Shown one piece after another: positions 1-10,341 of a stretch of DNA of 64,000 bases. Source of the stretch: Nitrospirota bacterium (GTDB lineage: Bacteria > Nitrospirota > Thermodesulfovibrionia > Thermodesulfovibrionales > JdFR-86); assembly GCA_963721805.1 (NCBI GenBank), contig CAVRJY010000001.1, forward strand, positions 1,152,001 through 1,216,000, read 5' to 3'. Below the pieces are notes generated by a model. It did not search any database. It was not told the origin of the DNA and saw nothing but the letters and a program-made list of their open reading frames with translations. A program made the position numbers and the translations under genes. Each line of letters starts with the position of its first letter. Within the stretch, counting starts at the first letter, position 1.

Positions 1-1005
1 GACCTCTCGAAGCTCCCTGAGGACGACCTCAACTACTGCGTCAACGCGTTCATGAACAACCCCTACGAGGGCTACCCGGCCGATAACATGCTGCAGTTTC
101 TGCTTAAGACCTTCGGCGAGGGGATAACCAATACGTTCCTGCGGCCTTATAACGAGAAGATCTGGAAGTACGACCCATCGTACATGGACACCCAGATGGT
201 CGAGCGCATACCGAAGCCCCCGAAAGAGGACATCCTCCGGAGCGCGAAGGGCGAGACGGTCGACGGCTACCTGCACCAGCTGTATTTTTCCTACCCCAAA
301 CGCGGTGGGATACAGGCCATCGTCGACGGTTTCATATCGAGGCTCGGCGATAAGGTCAGGATACACACCGGCTGCGCGGTCACGGGCGTAAAGAAGGCCG
401 GTACGGGGTTTTCAATAAGCGCCGGAGGGCGGGAGTTCAAGGCCGACCGGGTGGTCTCGACGATACCCGCCGGCCTGCTCGTCAGGCTTTATGACCGCAG
501 CCCCGAGGACGTCACGGAGGCCGCGAAGGCGCTAAGGTATAACTCCATCGTCATAGCGCTTGCGGACCTGAAGGTCGACAAGGCGGGCGATAACTTCGCG
601 TTCATGACAGCGGACAAGGAGGTCGTATTCCACCGGCTCTCTAAAATAGACTTCCTCGGTGAGGCGTACGGCAAGGGCACGGGCGCAAACCTCATGGTCG
701 AGGTCACGTACCGCCACGGCGACCTTATCGACGGCATGCCGGATAGCGAACTCCTGACGCGCATCACGGCGGGGCTTGAAAAGACCGGGTTCATAGACAC
801 GCCCGAGGACATAAACCGCATCGTGATCAAAAGGTTTGAGTACGCCTACGTGATATACGACATCGAACACCGCAAGAACATGGACCGCATACTCGGGTAT
901 TTCCGCTCGGAGGGGCTTGACCTCAACGGCCGCTTCGGCGAGTTTGAGTACCTCAACATGGACGCCGTGATACGGCATTCGATGCAGCTTTCGGGGAGGT
1001 TTTAA
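1..1005 (+). CDS. FAD-dependent oxidoreductase of polysaccharide loci (UDP-galactopyranose mutase/protoporphyrinogen oxidase-like), 5' partial
   Basis: Frame open from base 1; motifs FLRPYNEKIW, FSYPKRGG and C-terminal GRFGEFEYLNMD resemble the Glf/PPO-like family; glycan-locus context. Confidence 0.7.
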   Translation, partial: DLSKLPEDDLNYCVNAFMNNPYEGYPADNMLQFLLKTFGEGITNTFLRPYNEKIWKYDPSYMDTQMVERIPKPPKEDILRSAKGETVDGYLHQLYFSYPKRGGIQAIVDGFISRLGDKVRIHTGCAVTGVKKAGTGFSISAGGREFKADRVVSTIPAGLLVRLYDRSPEDVTEAAKALRYNSIVIALADLKVDKAGDNFAFMTADKEVVFHRLSKIDFLGEAYGKGTGANLMVEVTYRHGDLIDGMPDSELLTRITAGLEKTGFIDTPEDINRIVIKRFEYAYVIYDIEHRKNMDRILGYFRSEGLDLNGRFGEFEYLNMDAVIRHSMQLSGRF

Positions 1006-1011
1006 ATTACG

Positions 1012-1950
1012 ATGAACGCACTTATCACAGGCGGGGCGGGGTTCATAGGCAGCCACCTCGCGGACAGCCTCAGGGCCCGCGGCTATAACGTGGTCGCGCT
1101 CGACAACCTCTCTCTGGGCCGCATCGAGAACGTCAGCCACCTGATCGGCACAGGGGGCTTCGAGTTCGTCAAGGGCGACATACTCGACGAGGCGATGCTC
1201 GATGCGCTCTTTGCGAGATGCGGTTTCGAGGTCGTGTTCCATATGGCCGCGAACTCGGATATCGCGCGCAGCCGCGAGAACCCGGCCATAGACCTAAACA
1301 GCACCTTCATGACCACCTACCGCACCCTCGACGCGATGCGCCGGCATAACGTCAGACGGATAATCTTCGCCTCGACCAGCGCTGTATACGGCGAGGCGCA
1401 GGGGAGGCTCACCGAGACATACGGCCCCCTGCTGCCGGTTTCGCACTACGGGGCCGGGAAGCTCGCCTCAGAGGGCTTCATAAGCTCGTTCGGCGAAAAC
1501 TACGGCATAAGGGCATGGATCACCAGGTTTCCAAACGTGGTAGGCGAGCGAGCCACCCACGGCGTGATATTCGATTTCATAAACAAGCTCCGCAATAATC
1601 CCGCCGAACTCGAGGTCCTGGGCAACGGCGAGCAGTACAAGCCCTACCTGTACGTCAAGGACCTTGTAGACGCGATACTGTTCGTCTATGACAAGGCGGA
1701 CGCCAAGCTCAACCTCTACAACCTCGGCGTCGAGAGCCGCACGCGCGTGCGCGACATCGCGCGGATGGTCATAGAGGAGATGGGCCTCGGTGCGAAGATC
1801 AGGTACACCGGCGGCGACAGGGGCTGGGTGGGCGACGTCCCGGAGTTCAACTACGACCTCTCGAAGATCCACGCGCTCGGGTGGCGGGCGGCGGTAAACT
1901 CTGACGAGGCGGTCAGGAAATCCATCAGATACATCCTGGGCAAGCAATGA
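1012..1950 (+). CDS. NAD-dependent epimerase/dehydratase (extended SDR)
   Basis: TGGAGFIG Rossmann motif, STSAVYG, YGAGK catalytic YxxxK. Confidence 0.9.
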   Translation: MNALITGGAGFIGSHLADSLRARGYNVVALDNLSLGRIENVSHLIGTGGFEFVKGDILDEAMLDALFARCGFEVVFHMAANSDIARSRENPAIDLNSTFMTTYRTLDAMRRHNVRRIIFASTSAVYGEAQGRLTETYGPLLPVSHYGAGKLASEGFISSFGENYGIRAWITRFPNVVGERATHGVIFDFINKLRNNPAELEVLGNGEQYKPYLYVKDLVDAILFVYDKADAKLNLYNLGVESRTRVRDIARMVIEEMGLGAKIRYTGGDRGWVGDVPEFNYDLSKIHALGWRAAVNSDEAVRKSIRYILGKQ

Positions 1951-3236
1951 AACTCGCGATAGTGGCCGGAGGCAGGGGGACGAGGCTCGGGTTTAAGGAC
2001 ATCCCGAAGCCGATGGTCCCGCTTGCCGGAAAGCCGCTGCTGCAGTATCAGGTAGAACTCGCCCTGCGCTACGGGATAACGGAGATATACATACTCTCAG
2101 GCTTCATGGCCGGAGCCATAGTGGATTACTTCGGCGACGGCTCGGCCTTCGGGGCGAAGATCACCCACGTGGTCGAGGACGAGCCCAAGGGCACCGCCGG
2201 TGCGGTAGGGCTTTTGAAGGACGTGATCGACGAGCGGTTTATGGTCTTTTACGGCGACACCGTAATGGACGTCGACCTTGCGCGGATGATCGAATTCGAC
2301 CGCGCGCACGAAGGCGCTGACGCGACAATACTCGTCCACCCCAACGACCACCCGAAGGACAGCGACCTGCTCGAGGCCGACGAACTCGGCAACGTCACGG
2401 CGATGCACCCCAAGCCCCACGAGCCCGGCCGGTATTACCGCAACCTCGTAAACGCCGCGCTCTACGTACTCTCGCCGGAGGTCTTCAAATACATCCCGGC
2501 GGACAGGCCGACGGACTTCGGCAGGGACGTCTTCCAGCTGATGCTTGATGCGGGGCGGAGGATTGCAGCCTACAGGACGCCGGAATACATCAAGGACATG
2601 GGCACCCCCGAGAGGCTCAGGCACACCGAAGCCGACATTATCTCGGGCAAGGTCGGCCGCCTGAACCTCGCAAACCGGCGCAGGGCGATATTCCTCGACC
2701 GCGACGGCGTGATAAACCGCGACGTGGATAACCTCCGCAGGGTCAGGGACTTCGAGCTCCTGCCCGACGCGGCGCCCTCGATCAGGAAGATCAACGAGTC
2801 TGAGTACCTCGCGGTCGTGGCGACCAACCAGCCGGTCATCGCGAAGGGCTTTTGCAGCGTTGCCGAGCTGGAGCTTATCCACAGTCGGATGGAGACAGAG
2901 CTTGGCGCGGGCGGGGCGTACCTGGACGCGATCTACTACTGCCCACACCACCCGGAGCGGGGGTTTGCGGGCGAGGTGCCGGAGCTAAAGATCGATTGCG
3001 AGTGCAGGAAACCCAAGCCCGGCATGCTCTTGCGGGCGGCACGCGAGATGAACATCGACCTCGGCGGCTCGTACATGGTCGGCGACACGGCGAGAGACGT
3101 CGGGGCCGCCGCAACAGCGGGCGTAAAGTCGGTCTTCGTCGGAGAGACGGCCTCGCCTGCCTCTGGCGTGGCCGATTACAGGTGCGGCACGCTTGCGGAG
3201 GCCGTCGATTTGATACTGGAGGGTGAAAAGGCATGA
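1947..3236 (+). CDS. Fused heptose-1-phosphate nucleotidyltransferase (HddC-like) and heptose-1,7-bisphosphate phosphatase (GmhB, HAD-IIIA)
   Basis: N-terminal AGGRGTRL...PKPM nucleotidyltransferase motif; C-terminal FLDRDGVIN, CPHHP, CECRKPKPGM, MVGD motifs. Confidence 0.88.
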   Translation: MKLAIVAGGRGTRLGFKDIPKPMVPLAGKPLLQYQVELALRYGITEIYILSGFMAGAIVDYFGDGSAFGAKITHVVEDEPKGTAGAVGLLKDVIDERFMVFYGDTVMDVDLARMIEFDRAHEGADATILVHPNDHPKDSDLLEADELGNVTAMHPKPHEPGRYYRNLVNAALYVLSPEVFKYIPADRPTDFGRDVFQLMLDAGRRIAAYRTPEYIKDMGTPERLRHTEADIISGKVGRLNLANRRRAIFLDRDGVINRDVDNLRRVRDFELLPDAAPSIRKINESEYLAVVATNQPVIAKGFCSVAELELIHSRMETELGAGGAYLDAIYYCPHHPERGFAGEVPELKIDCECRKPKPGMLLRAAREMNIDLGGSYMVGDTARDVGAAATAGVKSVFVGETASPASGVADYRCGTLAEAVDLILEGEKA

Positions 3237-4210
3237 TAATCACGAGGACGCCGTTTAGGATTAGCTTCGCCGGCGGGGGCAGCGACCTGAAGGAATACTA
3301 CCGCGAGTACGGCGGTGCGGTGCTGAGCGTGGCGATAAACAAGTACGTGTTCCTCTCGATGCACCCGTATTTCCATTTCAACAAGTACTTCCTGAAGTAC
3401 TCCAAGAGCGAATTTAAAGACAGCGTCGATGAGATCGACCACAAGATAATCAGGACCGTCTTTAAGGACTACGGCGTGCGCGGCGTGGACTTCAACTCCA
3501 GCGCGGACGTGCCCTCCGGCACAGGGCTCGGCTCATCGAGCGCATTCACCGTGGGGCTGATAAACCTCTGCAACGCCTACACCAACAAATACATGTCCAA
3601 GGAGGACATCGCCAACTACGCCTGCGAGGTCGAGATCGAGAGGCTCGGCGAGCCCATCGGCAAGCAGGACCAGTACGGCTGCGCCATGGGAGGCATAAAC
3701 CTCATAGAGTTCAAGCAGGACGACAGCGTGACGGTCGAAAAGGTGCTCATGAGGCCCATGGACTACAAGACCATCCAGCGCAGGCTGCTGCTTTTCTATA
3801 CCGGAAAGACGCGTTCGGCCTCAGCTATCCTCACCGAGCAGAAGGCCAATACCGTCAGCAAGCAGGACAAGATCGACAACCTCCATAAGATGGTCGGGCT
3901 CGCGCACCAGCTCTATAAGGAGCTGCTGGCCGGCAATGTCGACGCGCTGGGGCAGATAATGCACCAGGGCTGGCTCTACAAAAGGGAGCTGGCCTCGGCG
4001 ATTACGGACAGCTCCATCGACTATTACTATGACCTCGCGATGAAAAACGGCGCCGAGGGCGGAAAGCTCCTCGGCGCCGGAGGCGGAGGGTTCTTCCTGT
4101 TTTACGTCAAGGAGGAAAACCACGAGAGGCTCAGACGCGCCATAAAGGACCTCGATGAGTACCCGTTTGAGTTCGACGGCCAGGGTACGACCGTGGTCTA
4201 CTACAAATAA
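3233..4210 (+). CDS. hddA: D-glycero-alpha-D-manno-heptose-7-phosphate kinase (GHMP kinase)
   Basis: RTPFRISFAGGGSD, PSGTGLGSSS, GKQDQY, GGKLLGAGGGGF. Confidence 0.9.
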   Translation: MIITRTPFRISFAGGGSDLKEYYREYGGAVLSVAINKYVFLSMHPYFHFNKYFLKYSKSEFKDSVDEIDHKIIRTVFKDYGVRGVDFNSSADVPSGTGLGSSSAFTVGLINLCNAYTNKYMSKEDIANYACEVEIERLGEPIGKQDQYGCAMGGINLIEFKQDDSVTVEKVLMRPMDYKTIQRRLLLFYTGKTRSASAILTEQKANTVSKQDKIDNLHKMVGLAHQLYKELLAGNVDALGQIMHQGWLYKRELASAITDSSIDYYYDLAMKNGAEGGKLLGAGGGGFFLFYVKEENHERLRRAIKDLDEYPFEFDGQGTTVVYYK

Positions 4211-4224
4211 CGGAGGGATTGGGT

Positions 4225-4812
4225 ATGGACTTCACCGGCGGCATAGAGGGCTACCTCGGCAGGCTCAAGGTCGTGCTGGACGCCATGGACCGCAAGGAGA
4301 TAGACGCGTTCCTAAACGCCCTCCTGGAGGCCCACCAGAAAGGGGCGAACATCTTCATCATGGGCAACGGCGGGAGCGCCTCGACCGCGTCGCACTTCGC
4401 GTGCGACATAAACAAGGGCGTCTCGCTCGGCATGGAGAAGCGCTTTAAGGTGATCGCGCTTACGGACAACATGGCGACGATCCTCGCCTACGGCAACGAC
4501 GAGGGCTACGAGAGCATATTCGTCGAGCAGATGAGGAACTTCGTCCGCCCCGGCGACCTCGTGATCGGCATATCCGGCAGCGGGAACTCCAAGAACGTCC
4601 TTCGCGCCATAGAGCATGCAAACGCGGTCGGGTGCGTGACGGTGGGCATAACCGGATACGGAGGGGGGAAACTCCGCCAGATGGCGAAGCTCAGCGTAAA
4701 CGCAAACGTGATGGACATGCAGCTTTCCGAAGACGTGCACATGGTCCTCGTGCATATGGCTATGCAACTTTTGAAGGCCGCGCTGAACCCTGCGGACGGG
4801 GCCAAGTGCTGA
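4225..4812 (+). CDS. gmhA: Phosphoheptose isomerase (SIS domain)
   Basis: GNGGSASTASHFACD, ISGSGNSKNV, EDVH; GGAGG RBS 8 nt before ATG 4225. Confidence 0.9.
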   Translation: MDFTGGIEGYLGRLKVVLDAMDRKEIDAFLNALLEAHQKGANIFIMGNGGSASTASHFACDINKGVSLGMEKRFKVIALTDNMATILAYGNDEGYESIFVEQMRNFVRPGDLVIGISGSGNSKNVLRAIEHANAVGCVTVGITGYGGGKLRQMAKLSVNANVMDMQLSEDVHMVLVHMAMQLLKAALNPADGAKC

Positions 4813-5813
4813 CAAGACAGGAGAATTCCAGCCTGGACGTCAAGTGGCTCCCTGAGCAGGTCGTAAAGCTCAACGCCACCTATAGAAGCGGGCTCGGCTT
4901 TATAAAGGAAGACGGCAAGGTGGACCAGGTTGTAAGCGAGGCCGAGGTTTCGCTTTTCATCCATTCCCTGATAAGGCTCGTCGGAGCGACCCGCATCCTC
5001 GAGGTCGGCACTTATAACGGCTACACGACGTGCTACATGGCCTCGGCTGCCAGGGAGTTAAAGCCTGACGCAAAGGTCATTACCATCGACCCGTCGGACC
5101 CTGGCCACCTGTGGGAGGGCTCCGAGATAGCCAAGAATATCGTATGGATCAACAAGACCGTCCAGGATGCCTATGACGAGATAAAGCACCTGACCTTTGA
5201 CCTTATATTTATCGATTCATTGCACAGATACAGCCAGCTTGCGTGGGAACTCGGCAACCTCGACCCTCTGCTGCGGTCCGGGGGTTATTTCGTGATGCAT
5301 GACACGCTGGTCCATGACGGGCTCGGCGCATGCGTCTCACAGTTATACGATAACCCAAGGTTTGAGGTCATAACTTTCAACACGCCGAGGAAATACAACG
5401 AAATACTCGCCGTCGAGGCCATAACTCCGGGGCTGACCGTAGCAAGGAAGATTGCCAGCGGAAGCCCTTACCTGTTTACAGATCCGAACCTGATGGGGAT
5501 AGAGAAAGGGTTTCATTCGGGCAGCAGGCCGCTGTTGAGAAAAAAGCTCATCCAAAAACACGAGGGATATTACGATGCCCTTAATAGCCCAGTAGAGGCG
5601 CTGTTTGCCGGGGGTAAAAATGATGAGGCTTTAAATGCGGCGGACTCACTGCTTGCCGAAGACCCGCAAAACTACGTCGCCTGGAACAACAAGGCTGTGG
5701 TCCTAAACGCGATGGGCCGCGCGGGGGAGGCCGTCGAGTGTTTCAAGAAGGCCCTTTCCATCAGGGCCGACTATGACTCGGCCGCCAAGAACCTCGGCTT
5801 GCTCGGGGACTGA
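4806..5813 (+). CDS. Class I SAM-dependent methyltransferase (Methyltransf_24-like) with C-terminal TPR
   Basis: LEVGTYNGYTT motif I, FIDSLH, VMHD; C-terminal AWNNKAVVL...A...F.KAL TPR; GTG start overlaps the gmhA stop. Confidence 0.75.
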   Translation: MLTRQENSSLDVKWLPEQVVKLNATYRSGLGFIKEDGKVDQVVSEAEVSLFIHSLIRLVGATRILEVGTYNGYTTCYMASAARELKPDAKVITIDPSDPGHLWEGSEIAKNIVWINKTVQDAYDEIKHLTFDLIFIDSLHRYSQLAWELGNLDPLLRSGGYFVMHDTLVHDGLGACVSQLYDNPRFEVITFNTPRKYNEILAVEAITPGLTVARKIASGSPYLFTDPNLMGIEKGFHSGSRPLLRKKLIQKHEGYYDALNSPVEALFAGGKNDEALNAADSLLAEDPQNYVAWNNKAVVLNAMGRAGEAVECFKKALSIRADYDSAAKNLGLLGD

Positions 5814-5869
5814 AAGTTTCATGCGCCCTGAGATCGCGGATCATAACTGGATAGGAGGGCATTTTTTAT

Positions 5870-6739
5870 ATGGATAGCCGGGCGCCTATAATCACATTCG
5901 GGGCCGGGAGGTCGGGCTCGACGCTCCTATGCGATATATTCGACAGCCACCCGAAGATCTCCTACGGCAGCGAGAGCCTGTTTACGCCGGCGCGCATGTG
6001 GGAGATATTCTTCGACCCAATGAAGGACATCTTCATGACACAGGACAGGGACTACGCCGGGTTCATGCGCTGGCACTACTGGTGGAACCTATACCGGGGC
6101 CGCCACAGCATGGAGATGCCGGAATACATGCGCGAACAGGAAAAGAGGATCTGCGGGCTTATAGCGCAGATGGTCCTCGACGCCTTCGACCTCGACCCCA
6201 CCTCGATGGCCTGGGGATTTAAGGAACTCTGGAACGGCTCCTGCGAGCTCAGCCAGAAGTTCGACTGGGAGATATACGACAAGCTCTTCCCCCGCGCCTG
6301 GTGGGTACATAACATGCGAAACCCGTTTACTTTCATCCCCTCCTCAATCGGGCTGGAGACTGTTGAGCATGCTATCACGCGCGACCTGATGTTCAGCAAG
6401 ATCGAGCTCTGGATGTCCGTGGTGCGGCATTCGAGGACCCGCAAGGCGCACCCGCGGTGCTTCGAGGTCAGGTATGAGGATCTGACCAAGAATCCAAAGG
6501 CCGCCCTTATGCCGCTCCTGAACGCCGTGGGAGTGGGCTGGGACGATAAATGCATGAGCGCGACGCGTAAGACCCATGTCCCGTCGACGAGAAACTACAA
6601 GGTCGAATTCATGGAGGTATACAGGCAGGGCGAGATATGCGTGCCGGGCTTCTACGAACTCGTAGAGGAGTTCGGTTACGTCGACGAGATAAAGGCCATG
6701 GGCATACCGCTCGTGGATGACCGCAAAGGCGGGTGCTGA
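5870..6739 (+). CDS. Sulfotransferase family protein
   Basis: GAGRSGSTLL (5'-PSB loop), WGFKE, RNP, VRYEDL. Confidence 0.82.
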   Translation: MDSRAPIITFGAGRSGSTLLCDIFDSHPKISYGSESLFTPARMWEIFFDPMKDIFMTQDRDYAGFMRWHYWWNLYRGRHSMEMPEYMREQEKRICGLIAQMVLDAFDLDPTSMAWGFKELWNGSCELSQKFDWEIYDKLFPRAWWVHNMRNPFTFIPSSIGLETVEHAITRDLMFSKIELWMSVVRHSRTRKAHPRCFEVRYEDLTKNPKAALMPLLNAVGVGWDDKCMSATRKTHVPSTRNYKVEFMEVYRQGEICVPGFYELVEEFGYVDEIKAMGIPLVDDRKGGC

Positions 6740-6814
6740 TGAGTGTGCAGCGCTGTTGCATAACAGGGATCGTTTTGTTATATTTATGAGATTCTCTCGG
6801 AGGAGGGCTGTGAA

Positions 6815-7585
6815 ATGCAGGTTGTGATACTATGCGGCGGCAAGGGCACCAGGATGAGGGAAGAGACCGAGTTCAAGCCCAAGCCGCTCGTCGAGATAGG
6901 CGGCATGCCGGTCCTCTGGCACATCATGAAGATATACTCCCACTACGGGTTCAACGATTTCGTGCTATGCCTCGGCTACAAGGGGACGATGATCAAGGAG
7001 TATTTCATGAACTTCGAGTGGCTCGCCAACGACTTTACGCTCGAACTCGGCAAGGGCAAGGGCAGGGTCAAGCACCATGTGCACGAACTCGACGACTGGA
7101 AGATCACCTTTGCCGACACCGGGGCCGAGACCGAGACCGGCGGCAGGGTCAACCGGATCGAGAAGTACCTCAAGGGCGACAGCTTCTTCCTGACATACGG
7201 AGACGCCCTGGCCGACGTCAACATAAAAGACCTGCTGGCGTTCCACAAATCCCAGAAAAAGATCGCCACGCTGACAGGGATTAACCCCCCGTCGCGCTTC
7301 GGCGTGCTCGAGGTCAAGGGCGGGGTGGCCGAGAGCTTCCGCGAAAAGCCGGTGCTCGAGGGGCTCGTAAACGGAGGGTTCTTCGTCCTTAACCGCAAGA
7401 TATTCGAGTTCCTCGACGAGGACTGCACGTTCGAGCAGCAGCCGCTCAAGACGCTCGCCTCAGCCGGTCAACTCGCGGTCTTCCACCACCAGGGTTTCTG
7501 GCAGTGCATGGACACGTTCAAGGAAGTCGAGACGTTCAACAGGCAGTGGGACGAAGGCAAACGGCCATGGGTGACGTGGGAGTAG
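6815..7585 (+). CDS. rfbF: Glucose-1-phosphate cytidylyltransferase
   Basis: ILCGGKGTRMREET..KPKPLVEIG, LTYGD, GFWQCMDT. Confidence 0.93.
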   Translation: MQVVILCGGKGTRMREETEFKPKPLVEIGGMPVLWHIMKIYSHYGFNDFVLCLGYKGTMIKEYFMNFEWLANDFTLELGKGKGRVKHHVHELDDWKITFADTGAETETGGRVNRIEKYLKGDSFFLTYGDALADVNIKDLLAFHKSQKKIATLTGINPPSRFGVLEVKGGVAESFREKPVLEGLVNGGFFVLNRKIFEFLDEDCTFEQQPLKTLASAGQLAVFHHQGFWQCMDTFKEVETFNRQWDEGKRPWVTWE

Positions 7586-7598
7586 AGGGCTGAGCGCG

Positions 7599-8678
7599 AT
7601 GTTCGGCGATATCTATAAGGACAGGACCGTGCTCGTCACGGGCCACACGGGCTTCAAGGGCTCGTGGCTGTCTCTGTGGCTTCGCCGCCTCGGGGCCAGG
7701 GTCGTGGGCTACGCCCTCGAGCCTGCGACAGACCCCAACCATTTCGATCTCCTGCGACTCGACATGGCATCGACGATCGGGGACATCAGGGACAGGGCCG
7801 GGCTTGAAAAGGTCTTTGAGACCTACAAGCCCGAGGTGGTGTTTCACCTCGCGGCCCAGCCGCTCGTGAGGGCTTCCTACCTGGATCCAGTCACAACCCT
7901 GGAGACGAACGTCATCGGCACGGCCAACGTACTGGAGGCGTGCAGGACCGCGCCTTCGGTCAGGGCCGTCGTGAACATCACCAGCGACAAATGCTATGAA
8001 AACCGGGAGTGGCTGTACGGCTACAGGGAGATAGACCCGATGGGCGGCTACGACCCCTACAGCGCGTCAAAGGGCTGCGCGGAACTGGTGACGAACTCAT
8101 ACCGGCGGTCGTTTTTCAGCCCTGAGGCATACGGGAAGAAACACGGCGTCCTGCTTGCGAGCGCGAGGGCCGGCAACATCATAGGCGGCGGCGACTGGTC
8201 AACCGACAGGCTGGTGCCCGATATGATAAGGGCCGCTGTCGCGGGGGCGAAGGTCTCGATAAGGAGTCCCAGGGCGATCCGGCCCTGGCAGCACGTGCTG
8301 GACCCTCTGGCCGGATACCTCATGCTCGGCCGCAAGCTGCTCGAAGGCGACGCCGCGTTTGCCGATGCTTGGAACTTCGGCCCGGACGAGGCGAGCTGCA
8401 TCGAGGTGGAACGGATAGTTAAGGGCGCACGTGCGGTTTGGGACAGGATCGATTACGAGAAGGCCGAGGACCCGGCCGGGCCTCACGAGGCCGGGCTCCT
8501 GAAGCTCGACTGCTCGAAGGCAAGGACCGTTCTGGGCTGGAGGCCGCTGTGGAAAATAGAGGACGCGCTCGATGCGACCGTCGGGTGGTACAGGGAGTTT
8601 TACGCAAGCGGCGCGGCCCGAAGCGCTCTGGACCTCGACCGGTACTCTGCCGCGCTGAGCGCAAGGGCCTCTTCTTAG
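7599..8678 (+). CDS. rfbG: CDP-glucose 4,6-dehydratase
   Basis: TGHTGFKGSW, HLAAQPLV, TSDKCY, YSASK, RPWQHVL. Confidence 0.95.
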   Translation: MFGDIYKDRTVLVTGHTGFKGSWLSLWLRRLGARVVGYALEPATDPNHFDLLRLDMASTIGDIRDRAGLEKVFETYKPEVVFHLAAQPLVRASYLDPVTTLETNVIGTANVLEACRTAPSVRAVVNITSDKCYENREWLYGYREIDPMGGYDPYSASKGCAELVTNSYRRSFFSPEAYGKKHGVLLASARAGNIIGGGDWSTDRLVPDMIRAAVAGAKVSIRSPRAIRPWQHVLDPLAGYLMLGRKLLEGDAAFADAWNFGPDEASCIEVERIVKGARAVWDRIDYEKAEDPAGPHEAGLLKLDCSKARTVLGWRPLWKIEDALDATVGWYREFYASGAARSALDLDRYSAALSARASS

Positions 8679-8732
8679 CCCCGCGGCCTGGCAAAGAACT
8701 GCACAGCCAGAGGCGCCGGCATCCCCTGGCCG

Positions 8733-9329
8733 TTAACCCTGCGGTTTCGTCTTAAGCTGCTGCTCTTTGATCAGGTCCGAGTGGCAGGAGGTGTCGATAA
8801 TGAACTCGAAATTGCTGTTGCTCTCTATCAGGCCCAGCACGTCATAGCCCTTGGCCGATGCGTCCTTGAGGTATCTGCATGTCTCAAAATCGTTTTTCTG
8901 GATCGCCATGACCTCGGCCAGGGTCACCATGGCCGTGACGTCGTCGCCGTCGAGGTTCAGCGCGGTGCGGAGGTCGACCTCTGCATCGTCGACGCGGTTG
9001 AGGCGCATCAGCAGTATGGCCCTGTCGGTGTATGCGGGTTCGAGGTCCGGCTGTAGCGTCAGGGCAATGTCGTAATCGGCGAGCGCGTCTTTGTAGTCGT
9101 CCGTCTCGCGATACGCGGTGGCCCTCTGAGCGTGGAGCCATGCGCTCGTGTCATATTTCTTGAGGCCCTCGGTGGTCTTCTCTATGACCTTGGGCCAGTC
9201 GCCCCAGTACGTGGCGTCGATCTCTTCGGCCAGCGTCTCGGCGCGTTCGGAGGCGGTTGAGCACGAAAACAGGATCGCGCAGCAGGCGAACAGGAGCAGC
9301 GCCTTAAGCCTGAGTGTGCCTCCCAGCAT
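8733..9329 (-). CDS. TPR-repeat lipoprotein
   Basis: Signal peptide with lipobox LFSC; TPR-like helices (ALADYDIAL, AEVDLRTAL). Confidence 0.75.
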   Translation of the reverse strand: MLGGTLRLKALLLFACCAILFSCSTASERAETLAEEIDATYWGDWPKVIEKTTEGLKKYDTSAWLHAQRATAYRETDDYKDALADYDIALTLQPDLEPAYTDRAILLMRLNRVDDAEVDLRTALNLDGDDVTAMVTLAEVMAIQKNDFETCRYLKDASAKGYDVLGLIESNSNFEFIIDTSCHSDLIKEQQLKTKPQG

Positions 9330-9335
9330 GGGATA

Positions 9336-9344
9336 ATTATACCA
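9336..9344 (-). promoter_or_regulatory. Extended -10 promoter (TGGTATAAT) 6 nt before ATG 9329; probably leaderless
   Basis: Perfect TGnTATAAT; no Shine-Dalgarno between it and the ATG. Confidence 0.6.
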
Positions 9345-9420
9345 GAAACAGGCTTGCTTTACTGCTACAGCCGGCATCTGCTAAAATTTAAGTTGCCCAA
9401 AAAACGGGGGACCGGAAATC

Positions 9421-10341
9421 ATGTCAGAGAAGAAAGCCATAGGAATAGATATAGGCGGGACAAACCTGCGGGTCGCGCTCGTCTCGGCGGCCGGCGAGGT
9501 GCTCACCAAGGTCAAGGTTTCCTCTACGGGGGACATCATGGCCGCGATAGGCCGCGCCGTCGACGGGATGCTCGACGACGACGTGGTGGGGATAGGCGTC
9601 GGAGTGGCCGGGCTGATCGACCGCGAGGGCAGGCGGGTGCTCACCTCCCCGAACCTGCAGAACATCGAGGGCCTCGCTCTGGGCGAGATAGTGCCCGGCA
9701 GGCGCGTGGTCATTGAAAACGACGCCAACGCGGCCGCTATAGGCGAGCGCTGGATGGGCGCGGGGCGCGAGTTCAGAAACTTCGTCCTCCTTACGCTCGG
9801 CACCGGCATAGGCTGCGGGATCGTGCAGGACGGCACGCTGCTGCCCGTGCCCGCCGAGGCCGGGCACATGAGCATCCACGCCGCCGGAGAGCGCTGCCCG
9901 TGCGGCAACTACGGCTGCCTCGAACAATACAGCTCCGCGCGCGCCATAACGAACCGCATCCTGGGCGCCATCGAGAAGGGCACCGCCAGCATCCTGAAGG
10001 ATTACCATCAGGGCAACGTATACAAGATCACGCCCGAGGACGTGTACAAGGCCGCGTTCGAGGGTGATTCGCTCTCGCGAGAGACGCTCCGCGAGGCCGG
10101 GAGAAACCTCGGCGTCGGCATCGCGAACATGATAAACATCTTCGGCCCCGATGCCGTGATACTCACCGGGGGGCTCACGCGCGCCTGGGACATATACATC
10201 GTCGAGGCCATCCGCGAGGCGTCCAGGCGGGCCTTCCGCGAGATCTTCGAGAAGGCGCGGATAATCCAGTCCGGCCTTGGAGACGACGACACCGGCATCA
10301 TCGGGGCTGCGGCGCTTATCCTGCACACTGAAGATCGCTGA
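9421..10341 (+). CDS. glk: ROK family sugar kinase (glucokinase-like)
   Basis: [34 protein letters not shown]. Confidence 0.88.
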   Translation: MSEKKAIGIDIGGTNLRVALVSAAGEVLTKVKVSSTGDIMAAIGRAVDGMLDDDVVGIGVGVAGLIDREGRRVLTSPNLQNIEGLALGEIVPGRRVVIENDANAAAIGERWMGAGREFRNFVLLTLGTGIGCGIVQDGTLLPVPAEAGHMSIHAAGERCPCGNYGCLEQYSSARAITNRILGAIEKGTASILKDYHQGNVYKITPEDVYKAAFEGDSLSRETLREAGRNLGVGIANMINIFGPDAVILTGGLTRAWDIYIVEAIREASRRAFREIFEKARIIQSGLGDDDTGIIGAAALILHTEDR

